Below, piece after piece: positions 9,886 through 18,549 of a DNA stretch of 64,000 bases. The notes beneath the pieces are model-generated. The model was not told the origin of the DNA. It ran no database searches and saw only the letters and a program-made list of their open reading frames with translations. The DNA is from an uncultured Gammaproteobacteria bacterium (GTDB taxonomy: Bacteria; Patescibacteriota; Microgenomatia; Levybacterales; GWA1-39-11). Both the position numbers and the translations under genes were made by a program. Position 1 is the first letter of the stretch, and the number at the start of each line of letters is the position of its first letter. The DNA lies in contig CAYVKP010000001.1 of NCBI GenBank assembly GCA_964452165.1, forward strand, positions 204,110 through 268,109, in the 5' to 3' direction.

Positions 9886-10212
9886 GTGATTAAAAATATT
9901 TCTCAGGGTATCTTAATTTCTAAAAATGCTCATCTTGCCCAAAATCTATTGGACAAAACCTTGGGAATGTTACTAGTGAGAAATACTGGCGGTTTGGTTT
10001 TTAATACTCGATTTGGGATACACACATTTTTTATGAAAGGCAAGATAGATTTATTGGTTTTAAATAAAGAGCGCAGGGTAGTTAGGCTTATATATGGTTT
10101 ACCTCCGAACAAGTTTTTTATCTGGAATCCCAAATATCCCTATGTTTTAGAATTACCTTCGGGTAGCATCAAGAAAACAAAAATGAAATTAGGGGACAAA
10201 CTAGATTTTTAA
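9886..10212 (+). CDS. DUF192-family protein
   Basis: Pattern LGMLLVRN..GLVF..RFGIHTFFMKGKIDLLVLNKERRVV is typical of DUF192 (COG1430). GTG start just downstream of a TATAAT. Confidence 0.45.
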   Translation: MIKNISQGILISKNAHLAQNLLDKTLGMLLVRNTGGLVFNTRFGIHTFFMKGKIDLLVLNKERRVVRLIYGLPPNKFFIWNPKYPYVLELPSGSIKKTKMKLGDKLDF

Positions 10213-10452
10213 ATTTTTGATTTTGATGGGTTCGCCTGTCATGTAGCAAATAAAGAGAAGAATAATTGTTGCGCCAACAAGAAATGGAACAAATCCTATT
10301 ATGGTATCGCTAACTGAATGGGAGGATTTATCGATTTTTATAAATGAATAAGCAAGGACTGCAAAATATAGCAAAAATACCACAAAGCCTTGAATACTTG
10401 TTGGGTACCAACCGAATCCGTATTTTGATCTAAACCAAAACTTTTTCTCCAT
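10201..10452 (-). CDS. Small 2-TM membrane protein, hypothetical
   Basis: Two hydrophobic helices. Confidence 0.35.
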   Translation of the reverse strand: MEKKFWFRSKYGFGWYPTSIQGFVVFLLYFAVLAYSFIKIDKSSHSVSDTIIGFVPFLVGATIILLFICYMTGEPIKIKNLKI

Positions 10453-10470
10453 ATATAAATCCTAACATAT

Positions 10471-11796
10471 CTATGATACTAATTTGTAACCTCTGGTTTT
10501 TACTGTGACTATTTCATATTTGGAATTTTGTGTTTTTAGCTTTATTCGAAGTCTTGCGACAAGTCTATCAATTGCCCAATCAGAAACCCCGAGTGATTCC
10601 GTTTCGGGCCAAACAGATTGTATAATGTGTTCTCTTTCGCAAACATTATTTTTTTCAGCAATCAAAAGATTTAAGAGCAAGTGTTCTTTTCTTGTTAGAT
10701 CGACTTTATTATTTTGCAATCTGCGTGAATGAATTTTTTCCTGCATGAAAGATGCGAACAGTGGGCTGAAGACACCTTCCTTCTCACTTATGAGTCCCGT
10801 TTTAGATAAATAATCGGCGTTTTGCTTTTCTTCTTTTAGTATTTTTTCGCCACTTTGCATTTTCATAAGAACTTCTTGCTCGGCTGGATCCAGGCTTTCC
10901 CAAAGTTCTTCGGACTGAAGAGAGATTCTCTCGTCCTCAAGTAAAAAAGAGAATAATTCGTTGGGTTTTGGAATATTATTTCTTCTCTCTATTAAAAGAA
11001 TTAGTGCAAAGAAAAGATACTGTGCGTATCCGTCAACGGCTCTGAGAAGTTCTTTTTTCTGACCCTCGGAAAGTTTCAATTTATATTTTTTATTCATTGC
11101 TGAAAAGATTATCTCCGAGTCCTGGGGACTTGCGGGTTTAACATAAAGACTATGTGCGAAAGCGAAAACCTGAGATTTTGTAAAAACCTTAGGTGAGAGA
11201 CTGTCGAGCCCCCGAACGGAAGTGAAAACATAAGACAAGTTGTGATCGGTTGCGGCTACTAATCCTTGGAGATTATTGAAAAATTCCATAGTGACCGCAT
11301 CTTTCATTCTGTCGTATCGCAGGAAAAAAATTGTTGGGGAAAATCCTGCGTCAATTAAGATGATAAGACTTTTCCTTATACTATCAATTGTTAAGAAGAG
11401 ATCTTGAGACTGAATACTGTCTAGAAAAAGTGTTTCGATTTGTTTCCTAATTTTTGGAGAAATGCTGTTTTCATCAACGGCATCTAAAATTCTTTTCTGC
11501 GTTAACACCCAAAAAGGAAAGACCTCGCGTTCTACCAAGTCGTTTAGATCGACAGGAATAAACAAATGTTTTTTCCCATCATTTATATAAATTTCAGCAG
11601 TATTCTTGTGGTATAGAAAAAAGCGTAAGAAATTACTAATTCCAACTCTTTTCATTCCAATGAGAACGACTGAATGGCGGTTCTTAATTTGTTCTCCGAG
11701 AAGCTTGGCATCTTTTTCTCGAAATGTGACGGGGTAGGAAGTCTCGATAATAGATTTCATTGCGCTCAATTTTAGCATAAGCGTTTTATTTTGCAA
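10471..11796 (-). CDS. Regulator with N-terminal degenerate P-loop NTPase-like domain and C-terminal OmpR/PhoB-type winged-helix DNA-binding domain
   Basis: C-terminus LTRKEHLLLNLL...VWPET...DRLVARLRIKL..VTVKTRGYKL matches trans_reg_C. N-terminus VVLIGMKRVGISNFL is Walker-A-like with Lys replaced, followed by hhhhD LFIPVDLND. Confidence 0.55.
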   Translation of the reverse strand: MQNKTLMLKLSAMKSIIETSYPVTFREKDAKLLGEQIKNRHSVVLIGMKRVGISNFLRFFLYHKNTAEIYINDGKKHLFIPVDLNDLVEREVFPFWVLTQKRILDAVDENSISPKIRKQIETLFLDSIQSQDLFLTIDSIRKSLIILIDAGFSPTIFFLRYDRMKDAVTMEFFNNLQGLVAATDHNLSYVFTSVRGLDSLSPKVFTKSQVFAFAHSLYVKPASPQDSEIIFSAMNKKYKLKLSEGQKKELLRAVDGYAQYLFFALILLIERRNNIPKPNELFSFLLEDERISLQSEELWESLDPAEQEVLMKMQSGEKILKEEKQNADYLSKTGLISEKEGVFSPLFASFMQEKIHSRRLQNNKVDLTRKEHLLLNLLIAEKNNVCEREHIIQSVWPETESLGVSDWAIDRLVARLRIKLKTQNSKYEIVTVKTRGYKLVS

Positions 11797-11853
11797 AAAA
11801 TGTCAGGATCCTGACAGGAATATATCCTTTTTCAGTCAAGCGAGTCCTCATGA

Positions 11854-12372
11854 GTGTTTTGTAGAATAATTTTTATGGCGCAAGGAGAAAGAGGTTTGTT
11901 TTTGGGAGAAGATCCAGTAGAGGGACAGTCTTTTCAGAGAAAAGTAAGGCTTAGCAGCCATTTAGAAAGGGACTCTGAGATACACGGACAACAGGGTGTA
12001 TACAGGGGTCTTGATGGATCAATTGAAACACACCAGTTAAAGGTTGAAGAAACTCCAGACCAAAAACCTAAGGGATATGGGGGTTACAGCCGTGAAGTTC
12101 GCGACCAAATGAGAAGGGGCTCATACGAGTTGCAGCAAGTGGTCGGTGGTGGTGGAAAGCCTTCTTATATTGAAGTTAAGTTAGATCCCAGTGTTGACCG
12201 AAATCCTATACAGGGAAGTGAACTTGCTCAGGCGGAAACCGTAACGGAAGCAGGACAGGCCGATACACAAGTCGCACAAAGTTCGGCATCGGTCAGGTTA
12301 GTTCGGCCATCAGGACGGCAATTACCAACTCAGGGTCCTATAATGAGAGTTGCTCCAGCACCGGGAAGATAA
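11854..12372 (+). CDS. Low-complexity hypothetical ORF (possibly not protein-coding)
   Basis: 172-aa ORF rich in G/Q/R/E with no hydrophobic core. Local GC is higher than the flanks. No recognisable domain. Confidence 0.2.
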   Translation: MFCRIIFMAQGERGLFLGEDPVEGQSFQRKVRLSSHLERDSEIHGQQGVYRGLDGSIETHQLKVEETPDQKPKGYGGYSREVRDQMRRGSYELQQVVGGGGKPSYIEVKLDPSVDRNPIQGSELAQAETVTEAGQADTQVAQSSASVRLVRPSGRQLPTQGPIMRVAPAPGR

Positions 12373-12379
12373 TTTCCAG

Positions 12380-13048
12380 TTATTGAAATTTAAAGAGGTA
12401 TTGAACTTTTGCTTTCTTCTGAAGATCGCTCAAAAAGGCTTGAATTTTATCATTTAATTTTTGTTGTTCAAGTTGAGTTTTAACTTGTGATTTAAGATCC
12501 TCAGGTTTTGTATCTTGTGGCATACTATCTTTATTTTGAGCAATGTAATCATTAATTTCTTTGTCGGTAACCTTTACTGATCCAACCATTTTCTTAAGCA
12601 TCAATTGAATTTTTATTTGATCCATTAAGTCTGCTCTTGTTAAGTTTTGTTGTGCCAGCAAGTCATCAAGAGTTGCTCCCTGGCTCTTAACACTCTTTTC
12701 AATATCTGCAATTTGTGAATTGACTTCACCTGTTGAGACCGTAATTTTTCTCTTATGTGCTTCTTGCATGACCAGCTCTTTTGTGACTAGCGAATCAAGA
12801 ACTGTTTTTCCGTCTTTTTTCTCAAGCTCGTTTACGAGTTGAAAGCGAGTAATTGGTTGACCGTTAACGTTTGCAACAACAAATTGATTTCTCAAGAGAA
12901 CAAGCGCGGTACTTACCACTGCAATAAAAATTATTGGCGCAACTCTTTTCATTTGAAAGCTTGGCTCACTTTTTGCGCTTCTTGAAACGACGGGTTTACG
13001 CGAGGATTTAGTTTGGGTTCTTTTGGCGGGCTTTTTAATTGCCATCAA
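12380..13048 (-). CDS. SurA N-domain-like periplasmic chaperone (no PPIase domain), membrane-anchored
   Basis: Basic N-terminus plus TM, then a helical SurA_N-like region (NGQPITRFQLVNELEKK...). Confidence 0.45.
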   Translation of the reverse strand: MMAIKKPAKRTQTKSSRKPVVSRSAKSEPSFQMKRVAPIIFIAVVSTALVLLRNQFVVANVNGQPITRFQLVNELEKKDGKTVLDSLVTKELVMQEAHKRKITVSTGEVNSQIADIEKSVKSQGATLDDLLAQQNLTRADLMDQIKIQLMLKKMVGSVKVTDKEINDYIAQNKDSMPQDTKPEDLKSQVKTQLEQQKLNDKIQAFLSDLQKKAKVQYLFKFQ

Positions 13049-13099
13049 ACGATTATAGCAAATAAATTAAAAAAAGATAGCACTTTTTGTACGATAAAT

Positions 13100-13432
13100 T
13101 TACAGTATTGATCCACCGCTGTCTTCTCCCGCCTTGCGGGATCGCAGCCGGTCTCCCTCGTCCTTCGGACTCAGTCCGACCCACCTTGAAAGCGTTGGGA
13201 TTAACGTTTTTGCTAACTCCTCTGCTTCTGCTTGATCCATTTGTTGATCATCAATCATTCTGGCAGAGGATCTTCCTATCATCTCGGAAAGTTGTAGGTT
13301 GGGTTCACGGAACTGCCCCTGTTCAAAACAAAACTTGCAGTAAGTATCGCTTGCTGTTCCGTCGGCATTGGTTCCGTAAAATCCAACCCCCAGTGGCATT
13401 CCGCATGATTGGCATCTATTTTTTCCCTCCAT
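13100..13432 (-). CDS. Zinc-ribbon protein; C-terminal about 27 codons encoded by the GC-rich repeat element
   Basis: CQSCGMP...CKFCF C4 ribbon. ATG lies 3 nt after the upstream gene's stop. The C-terminal tail is encoded by the repeat at 13113-13183. Confidence 0.5.
   Translation of the reverse strand: MEGKNRCQSCGMPLGVGFYGTNADGTASDTYCKFCFEQGQFREPNLQLSEMIGRSSARMIDDQQMDQAEAEELAKTLIPTLSRWVGLSPKDEGDRLRSRKAGEDSGGSIL
13113..13183. repeat. GC-rich repeat element, copy A (conserved boxes CCACCGCTGTCTTC / CGCAGCCGGTCTCCCT / GTCCGACCC with two hairpins)
   Basis: Shares three sequence boxes with 44324-44392. Hairpins TCCCGC-CTT-GCGGGA (13127-13141) and GTCC-TTC-GGAC (13160-13170). Confidence 0.55.
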
Positions 13433-13434
13433 AA

Positions 13435-14019
13435 TTATTCTCCGGAGTCCGTCTTAATAAGATTTTTTGGGTGTACTATTGGTTGGGGTAAGCTGTTTTT
13501 CATTTGTTCCACGAGAGATTTATTTGCTCTTCCCATCTGGTCAAGAATTGCCCTTTCAATATAGCCGGTATCAATTCTTTCAAGCATTTTTTCAAGTTGA
13601 GGATCCGGCTTTTTGATTCCCATCTCTTTTTTAATCTCAGCAAGTACTCCAAGTATTTTTGTTATCTCCTCTTCAGCAATTAAGTTAACACCGAGATGAA
13701 CTTCATCACGAATAGTTGAAATATAAGAAGAGCGATTCTGCGATACTAGGACAAAAATTGATAAGAAAATTGCTTCAAGTGAAACAACCATTGTTAAAAA
13801 ACCGAATGGGTAAGGATCAAAGGGTTTAATTTCTGCGATTTGTCCAGTATTGAGAACTACCCAACCGGCAAAAAAGATTACATGAAAAAGAAGAAAGGGT
13901 GTTGAACCGCAAATAGTAGTTAATTCGTCGGAAATTTGCGTAAGAAAAGAACGTGATCGCAAAGATTTTGCCTCAAATGATTTGAAAAACTGCCTCCGCT
14001 GCGTACTCTTTGATGCCAT
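13435..14019 (-). CDS. DUF1003-family membrane protein
   Basis: FDPYPFGFL...LSIFVLVSQNR...EEEI..IL matches the DUF1003 signature, with two TM helices. Confidence 0.6.
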   Translation of the reverse strand: MASKSTQRRQFFKSFEAKSLRSRSFLTQISDELTTICGSTPFLLFHVIFFAGWVVLNTGQIAEIKPFDPYPFGFLTMVVSLEAIFLSIFVLVSQNRSSYISTIRDEVHLGVNLIAEEEITKILGVLAEIKKEMGIKKPDPQLEKMLERIDTGYIERAILDQMGRANKSLVEQMKNSLPQPIVHPKNLIKTDSGE

Positions 14020-14050
14020 AATTTAGGTTAACAACTTTGTTTAGTGTTGT

Positions 14051-14452
14051 CTAGGGGTTGGGATGCTTGTCTTTTTCAGCCGGTTTGAAATCTAGAGCTA
14101 GAGAGTTTATGCAATAGCGTAGTCCTGTGGGTTTTGGTCCATCGTTGAAAACGTGGCCCAGATGAGAACCGCATTTTTTACAAAGGACTTCAGTGCGGCT
14201 CATTCCCAAGGTGTCGTCATCTTCAAGCGTTACATTATCTTTTGCAACGGTGTTCCAAAAGCTTGGCCAGCCTGTTCCGGAGTCAAATTTAGTGTCTGAG
14301 TCAAAAAGTTTGCTCCCGCAGACCACGCAAACATACATTCCAACATCGTGATTATCCGAGTATTTTCCTGAAAATGGAGGTTCTGTGCCCTTCAAAAAAC
14401 AAATATTATACTGTTCCGGAGTTAATTTTTTCTTAGCTTCATCAGGGTTCAT
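14051..14452 (-). CDS. msrB: Peptide-methionine (R)-S-oxide reductase MsrB
   Basis: CxxC...CxxC zinc site, GTGWPSF, RYCINS active-site region. Confidence 0.9.
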   Translation of the reverse strand: MNPDEAKKKLTPEQYNICFLKGTEPPFSGKYSDNHDVGMYVCVVCGSKLFDSDTKFDSGTGWPSFWNTVAKDNVTLEDDDTLGMSRTEVLCKKCGSHLGHVFNDGPKPTGLRYCINSLALDFKPAEKDKHPNP

Positions 14453-14703
14453 AATTCAAATTCATTATACACCCTAAATTACCCCGAGTGGATTTTCACT
14501 CAATTCTTACACGTATCTTCTTTTCCTCATAAATTAGGAGCCTAGTATAGTTTTATGACGGTAAAAAAGAAAAGGAAACGCCCATATTATGGAAAAAAGG
14601 GTGGAGTGGCAGAGTATAAGGATGAAATGAAATTTGACATTTTTTCGACGCTTAAGGCTCTTAAAGGGTACTATAATGGTAAATCGTCCGAGAGTGGAAA
14701 AAG

Positions 14704-15804
14704 CTAGACGTCACTGTCATTCTCCGCCTCGCTTCCGGCGTTAAGACTTAATGTTTTAATGTCAGGTAGTGATGGCCCCATAATTCCCTGAAGCTCTCCC
14801 CATAAATTAGCAATATTATTCTCAGCCTTTGTAATTTGCATTTGACGTTTTTTCCAAATGCGGTTCAGTGAGTTTTGTTCTGTTATTAAATCGTTTCTCA
14901 TTTCAATAATCCCTTCCGCGTACGCCTCGAATCGGTGACGGAAAGAGTCGCTTTGTAAATATTGATATAGCATTTCAAGCTTCTCGTCTTTATTCGCTGC
15001 CGCGGATTTTGCTTGGGCTACCATCATGAGATTTCTCCTCAGAATTTGTGCGAGCGGAATGGAGTAGGGATATGAAGTAACTAAAACTCCATCAATTACC
15101 TTAAAATTTTCAATTTCTTTCGGTAGAGTTTCAGATACCAGTACGGACATGCTTGTACCTGCTTTTCTGGCGTCTTCCCGTAATTTTGGAAGCCATGAGG
15201 GGCTCCAGGCAGCGCGTTTTGTCTCCCATAGAATAGTTCCCGCAGTTTTTCCAAAAGAGTTTCTCACGTGTTGAATAATGTCACCACCGCGGACTCCCTT
15301 TCCCACGGGTTCAATTATGTCTGTAGGGAAAGTTTGCTTGAGCTTCTCTTCAAGGTCAAGTTCGAGTGCCTCTCCTTGTAATTGTTGACTTCCGGTAAGC
15401 GTTGCCTTTCTATTTAATTCTTCGATTTTTCGTCTTAGGCTTTCTTTTTCTTCTTCTTGCTCTTTAAGTTTAACTTTAAATTCTTCGTCCTTGTCTCGGA
15501 CAATTTTTTCTTCAATTTTCTTCCTCTCAGCGTCAATTTTTCTTTGGGTCTCAAGTTCAAGATTTTTTTCTTTTTCCTCAAGTTCTCTTTTTTCGCGCCG
15601 GAGTTCTAGCTCTTTTTGAACAAATTCATCGTTTTTCTTTTTCTGTTCGTCTAGTTGTTTTTTAAGATCGGAGAGCTCTAAGTTCTGTTTTTCTGAGACT
15701 TCTTTTACAACGTCCTGTTTTACCTTTTCTTCAATGTCATGCTTGAGAGCTTCTGAGATTTCAAAATCTTTTCCACAATGAATGCAGCGAATAGTGGAGT
15801 TCAT
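14704..15804 (-). CDS. Coiled-coil protein with N-terminal zinc ribbon, DUF2130-like
   Basis: N-terminal CIHCGK...; long E/K-rich coiled coil; conserved C-terminal globular region (GGDIIQHV...WETKRA...). Confidence 0.4.
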   Translation of the reverse strand: MNSTIRCIHCGKDFEISEALKHDIEEKVKQDVVKEVSEKQNLELSDLKKQLDEQKKKNDEFVQKELELRREKRELEEKEKNLELETQRKIDAERKKIEEKIVRDKDEEFKVKLKEQEEEKESLRRKIEELNRKATLTGSQQLQGEALELDLEEKLKQTFPTDIIEPVGKGVRGGDIIQHVRNSFGKTAGTILWETKRAAWSPSWLPKLREDARKAGTSMSVLVSETLPKEIENFKVIDGVLVTSYPYSIPLAQILRRNLMMVAQAKSAAANKDEKLEMLYQYLQSDSFRHRFEAYAEGIIEMRNDLITEQNSLNRIWKKRQMQITKAENNIANLWGELQGIMGPSLPDIKTLSLNAGSEAENDSDV

Positions 15805-15846
15805 AAGTACGGACTATTATAGTACAAAATATTCGTCAGAAAAGAC

Positions 15847-16950
15847 TTAAATTATTTGTTCCCAGGGGAAGTTGTTGCGGCCAAAGTGGCCATACGCTGA
15901 AGTTTCAAGATAGATCGGACGTCTGAGATTTAATCCTTCAATTATTCCTTCAACAGAGCAATCCAAAGTTTTCTTCATAAAATCACGAATCACTTTGTCG
16001 CTCTTTTTTTCGCTGCCAAAAGTCTCGGCCTCTTGCATAACCGGTTTTTTGGCGCCAATAAAGTAGGCAAGTCTTACTTCGGCCCGTTCGGCAAGACCCG
16101 CGGCTACTATATTTTTTGCTAAAAATCTGGCTGCATACGCACCGCTTCTATCAACTTTTGTAGGATCTTTTCCTGAAAACGCACCACCGCCAACTCTTGC
16201 ATAGCCACCATATGTGTCAACGATTATTTTTCGTCCAGTGACTCCCGTGTCTGCTGCGGGACCTGAGAAATGCCATACTCCGGTTCCATTAAGTACCACA
16301 TCGCTTGGACTCACCTTAAAACCGAAACTATCAAGAACCGGCCTGACGATTTCACGAATAATGTCTTTTTTAACATCTTTAATATCTACGTTTTCGTTAT
16401 GCGGCGCGGCAATTACTACATTTACTACTCGGACAGGCTTGCCGTTTTTATATTCAACTCCAACTTGGCTTTTGCCATCAGGACGAAGATAGGGTAGAGT
16501 CTCGCTTTCCCTCGCAGTATCAATTGCACGTGCCAAGCTATGAGCGATTGCAATAGGCACGGGCATAAGAGTATCTGTTTCTTTGCAGGCGTATCCAAAC
16601 ATCATTCCTTGATCGCCTGCCCCTTTTTTTTTGACGCCAACCGCAATTTCAGGAGATTGTTGGTGAATCAAAATGTTCACTGGAGATTTATGCGTAAATT
16701 CAAGTTTGGGTATGTCGTATCCGAGTCTTTTTATTTGTTCTCGGGCAATTTTCTCGAAAGGAATTTTTGTGTGAGCAGTTACTTCGCCCGCCAAAGTCAC
16801 GTGGTTTTTTGTTACTAAAGTTTCCACCGCAACTTTACCGTATTTATCTTTAGCAAGAACCGAGTCTACAACAGCGTCGGAAATTGCATCGCAAACTTTA
16901 TCCGGGTGTCCAGCGCAAACTGATTCAGAAGTAAAAACGTAATTCGTCAT
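15847..16950 (-). CDS. metK: S-adenosylmethionine synthetase
   Basis: GAGDQGMMFGYA, GGGAFSGKDPTKVDRSGAYAAR and the overall MAT fold pattern. Confidence 0.95.
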   Translation of the reverse strand: MTNYVFTSESVCAGHPDKVCDAISDAVVDSVLAKDKYGKVAVETLVTKNHVTLAGEVTAHTKIPFEKIAREQIKRLGYDIPKLEFTHKSPVNILIHQQSPEIAVGVKKKGAGDQGMMFGYACKETDTLMPVPIAIAHSLARAIDTARESETLPYLRPDGKSQVGVEYKNGKPVRVVNVVIAAPHNENVDIKDVKKDIIREIVRPVLDSFGFKVSPSDVVLNGTGVWHFSGPAADTGVTGRKIIVDTYGGYARVGGGAFSGKDPTKVDRSGAYAARFLAKNIVAAGLAERAEVRLAYFIGAKKPVMQEAETFGSEKKSDKVIRDFMKKTLDCSVEGIIEGLNLRRPIYLETSAYGHFGRNNFPWEQII

Positions 16951-16954
16951 AAGC

Positions 16955-17075
16955 TTTTGTCCCGCTTCGCCAAGGCTTCGAAGGACCGCATTTGTTCGAG
17001 TAACATGGCACCGGAAAACTTACGGTTGCCGTCCACACCTACTTGGCGGGATCTCTTAATGCTTGAACTATTAAA
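16955..17075 (-). promoter_or_regulatory. metK 5' leader with SAM-riboswitch-like core elements (candidate)
   Basis: On the minus strand the leader reads ..AUUAAGAGAUCCCGCC..ACGGCAACCGUAAG..CCGGUGCCAUG... It contains AAGAGA, GGCAACC and GGUGCC boxes reminiscent of the SAM-I/IV family, but the full consensus is not matched. Confidence 0.3.
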
Positions 17076-17115
17076 ACATACAAAAAAGACGATTACAATA
17101 GGATAATCGCAAGTC

Positions 17116-17346
17116 TTACCTGCTCTTTTCCATCATCATCTTCTGAGTGTTAAGTTGTGTTTGCAAATCTGAAATTTTGTTTTCGCGTTCCATAACCATA
17201 TCATAAGTTCTTCGCAATTGAGTTTTATATTTGAAGCGCGCGACGAAAAATCCGGCAGCAAAACCCACAACGAGCAAAATTATTATCATGAGAGTTTTAT
17301 TGTCTGTTGTACTTTTACTTGATGTTGTTTTTGATCTTTTTGCCAT
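17116..17346 (-). CDS. Small TM plus coiled-coil protein (FtsB/DivIC-like architecture), hypothetical
   Basis: Basic N-terminus, one TM, C-terminal coiled coil. Confidence 0.35.
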   Translation of the reverse strand: MAKRSKTTSSKSTTDNKTLMIIILLVVGFAAGFFVARFKYKTQLRRTYDMVMERENKISDLQTQLNTQKMMMEKSR

Positions 17347-17455
17347 AAAAAATCACCTCTTCTCCATAAAAATAGTATCTGAGGGATCAGATACTAAGGT
17401 AGCCCAAAACATATTCAGTATGAAGCAAATTATCAATTTGTGTCAAGAGGTACTT

Positions 17456-18217
17456 TTATTTTGTTTCAAAATACAAAGTGACGGTTGATGTGACGGTTTG
17501 ACTTCCGGGTTCAATATCCGGCGTTTTGAGTGCCGAATCCAAAGCTCCTCGCGCAGCGTAAGGCATAATTTGAGGAGTTTGGGGACCCGATTCAACAATG
17601 TTGGTTATTCTTCCAAGTCTTATGCCAAGTTGTCCTGCCAACTTTTTAGCTTGGTCCTTAGCGTTATCAATTGCTTTTTGGCGAGCTTCTTCTCTGTATT
17701 TTTCAGGACTTTCAACTGTAAATCCGGAATTTGTAACCTGATTTGCTCCAGCTTGAGTTGCCGTTGCCAAGACCTGTGATAAAAGTTCTTGTCTGCGTAC
17801 TGTAATATTTACAGTTGCATTCCCGGTGTAGCCTGCGATGCTGTTTGTTCCACCCGGAGCATAGTTATAAGAAGGACTTACGGAGTAATTTGTTGTTTTG
17901 ATGTCTTTTTTCTCAACGCCAAGCCTTGTTAAGGCGTTTACTATATTGTTATTAACGTTTGTTACTTTTTGACTTGCATCATCTGCGGTTTTTGAGTCCG
18001 CAACCACAATGGAAGCCTGTACGTTTGCAGTATCCGGAACCGCATCTATTTTCCCCTCTCCAATAACCGAAAACTCACCCGACACATTTCTTGTAGTTAT
18101 AGATATAGGTAAATTAATATTGAAGAAATTTAAAAACCAGAGGACAAATATTGTCACAATCCCAAGCATTATTACAGGAAAATGGCGAGGTTCGTTTGGC
18201 ATACTTTCATTAAACAT
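17456..18217 (-). CDS. SIMPL/DUF541-domain periplasmic protein
   Basis: Pattern GEGKIDAVPDTANVQASIVV...VRRQE...ESPEKYREEARQKAIDNAKDQAKKLAGQLG is typical of SIMPL (26-kDa periplasmic immunogenic protein family). Confidence 0.7.
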   Translation of the reverse strand: MFNESMPNEPRHFPVIMLGIVTIFVLWFLNFFNINLPISITTRNVSGEFSVIGEGKIDAVPDTANVQASIVVADSKTADDASQKVTNVNNNIVNALTRLGVEKKDIKTTNYSVSPSYNYAPGGTNSIAGYTGNATVNITVRRQELLSQVLATATQAGANQVTNSGFTVESPEKYREEARQKAIDNAKDQAKKLAGQLGIRLGRITNIVESGPQTPQIMPYAARGALDSALKTPDIEPGSQTVTSTVTLYFETK

Positions 18218-18549
18218 AATTGGGGAAGTTTATGCAAATTTTTGTTTCTATGGAGAATTTGTTGCGGAGCCCTTTATTTATATAGGATAGAAAATAACAT
18301 AAAATCAGCATTTTTCTTGCAATTTTATTATCAAATCTTGTAGTAATTCAGCATTTATTTTTTGTACCATTAAAACAGTCTATTGTTAAAGACATTTTAG
18401 GGTGTATAATCTTATAAGATTTTCCTGCCCGTAAATTAAATTTATGGACGAGGAAGAGTTCTGTTTCGATTAGTACTTGACAAGTCAATACTTATAGGAT
18501 ACAATCCGTTTTATTGACGACAACTGCCCTAAATGGTAGTTGTTTTTTT

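Noticed and set aside
11854-12372. RNase P RNA, tmRNA or SRP RNA in the GC-elevated segment
   Set aside because: I could not find GGAAAGUCCGG, GGUAAGAGCGCACC or ACAGAAxCCGGCUUA, nor a tRNA-like 3' end with a tag ORF. It is kept only as an unexplained region.
13087-13434. Plus-strand 115-aa ORF overlapping the zinc-ribbon gene
   Set aside because: The minus-strand ORF has a C4 ribbon motif and is translationally coupled to the upstream DUF1003 gene. The plus-strand ORF is largely the reverse read of the GC-rich repeat.
14544-14704. Lys-rich 52-aa ORF (MTVKKKRKRPYYGKK...) in the msrB / DUF2130 intergenic region
   Set aside because: There is no convincing RBS at proper spacing and no recognisable family. 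It could be a small basic protein but the evidence is insufficient.
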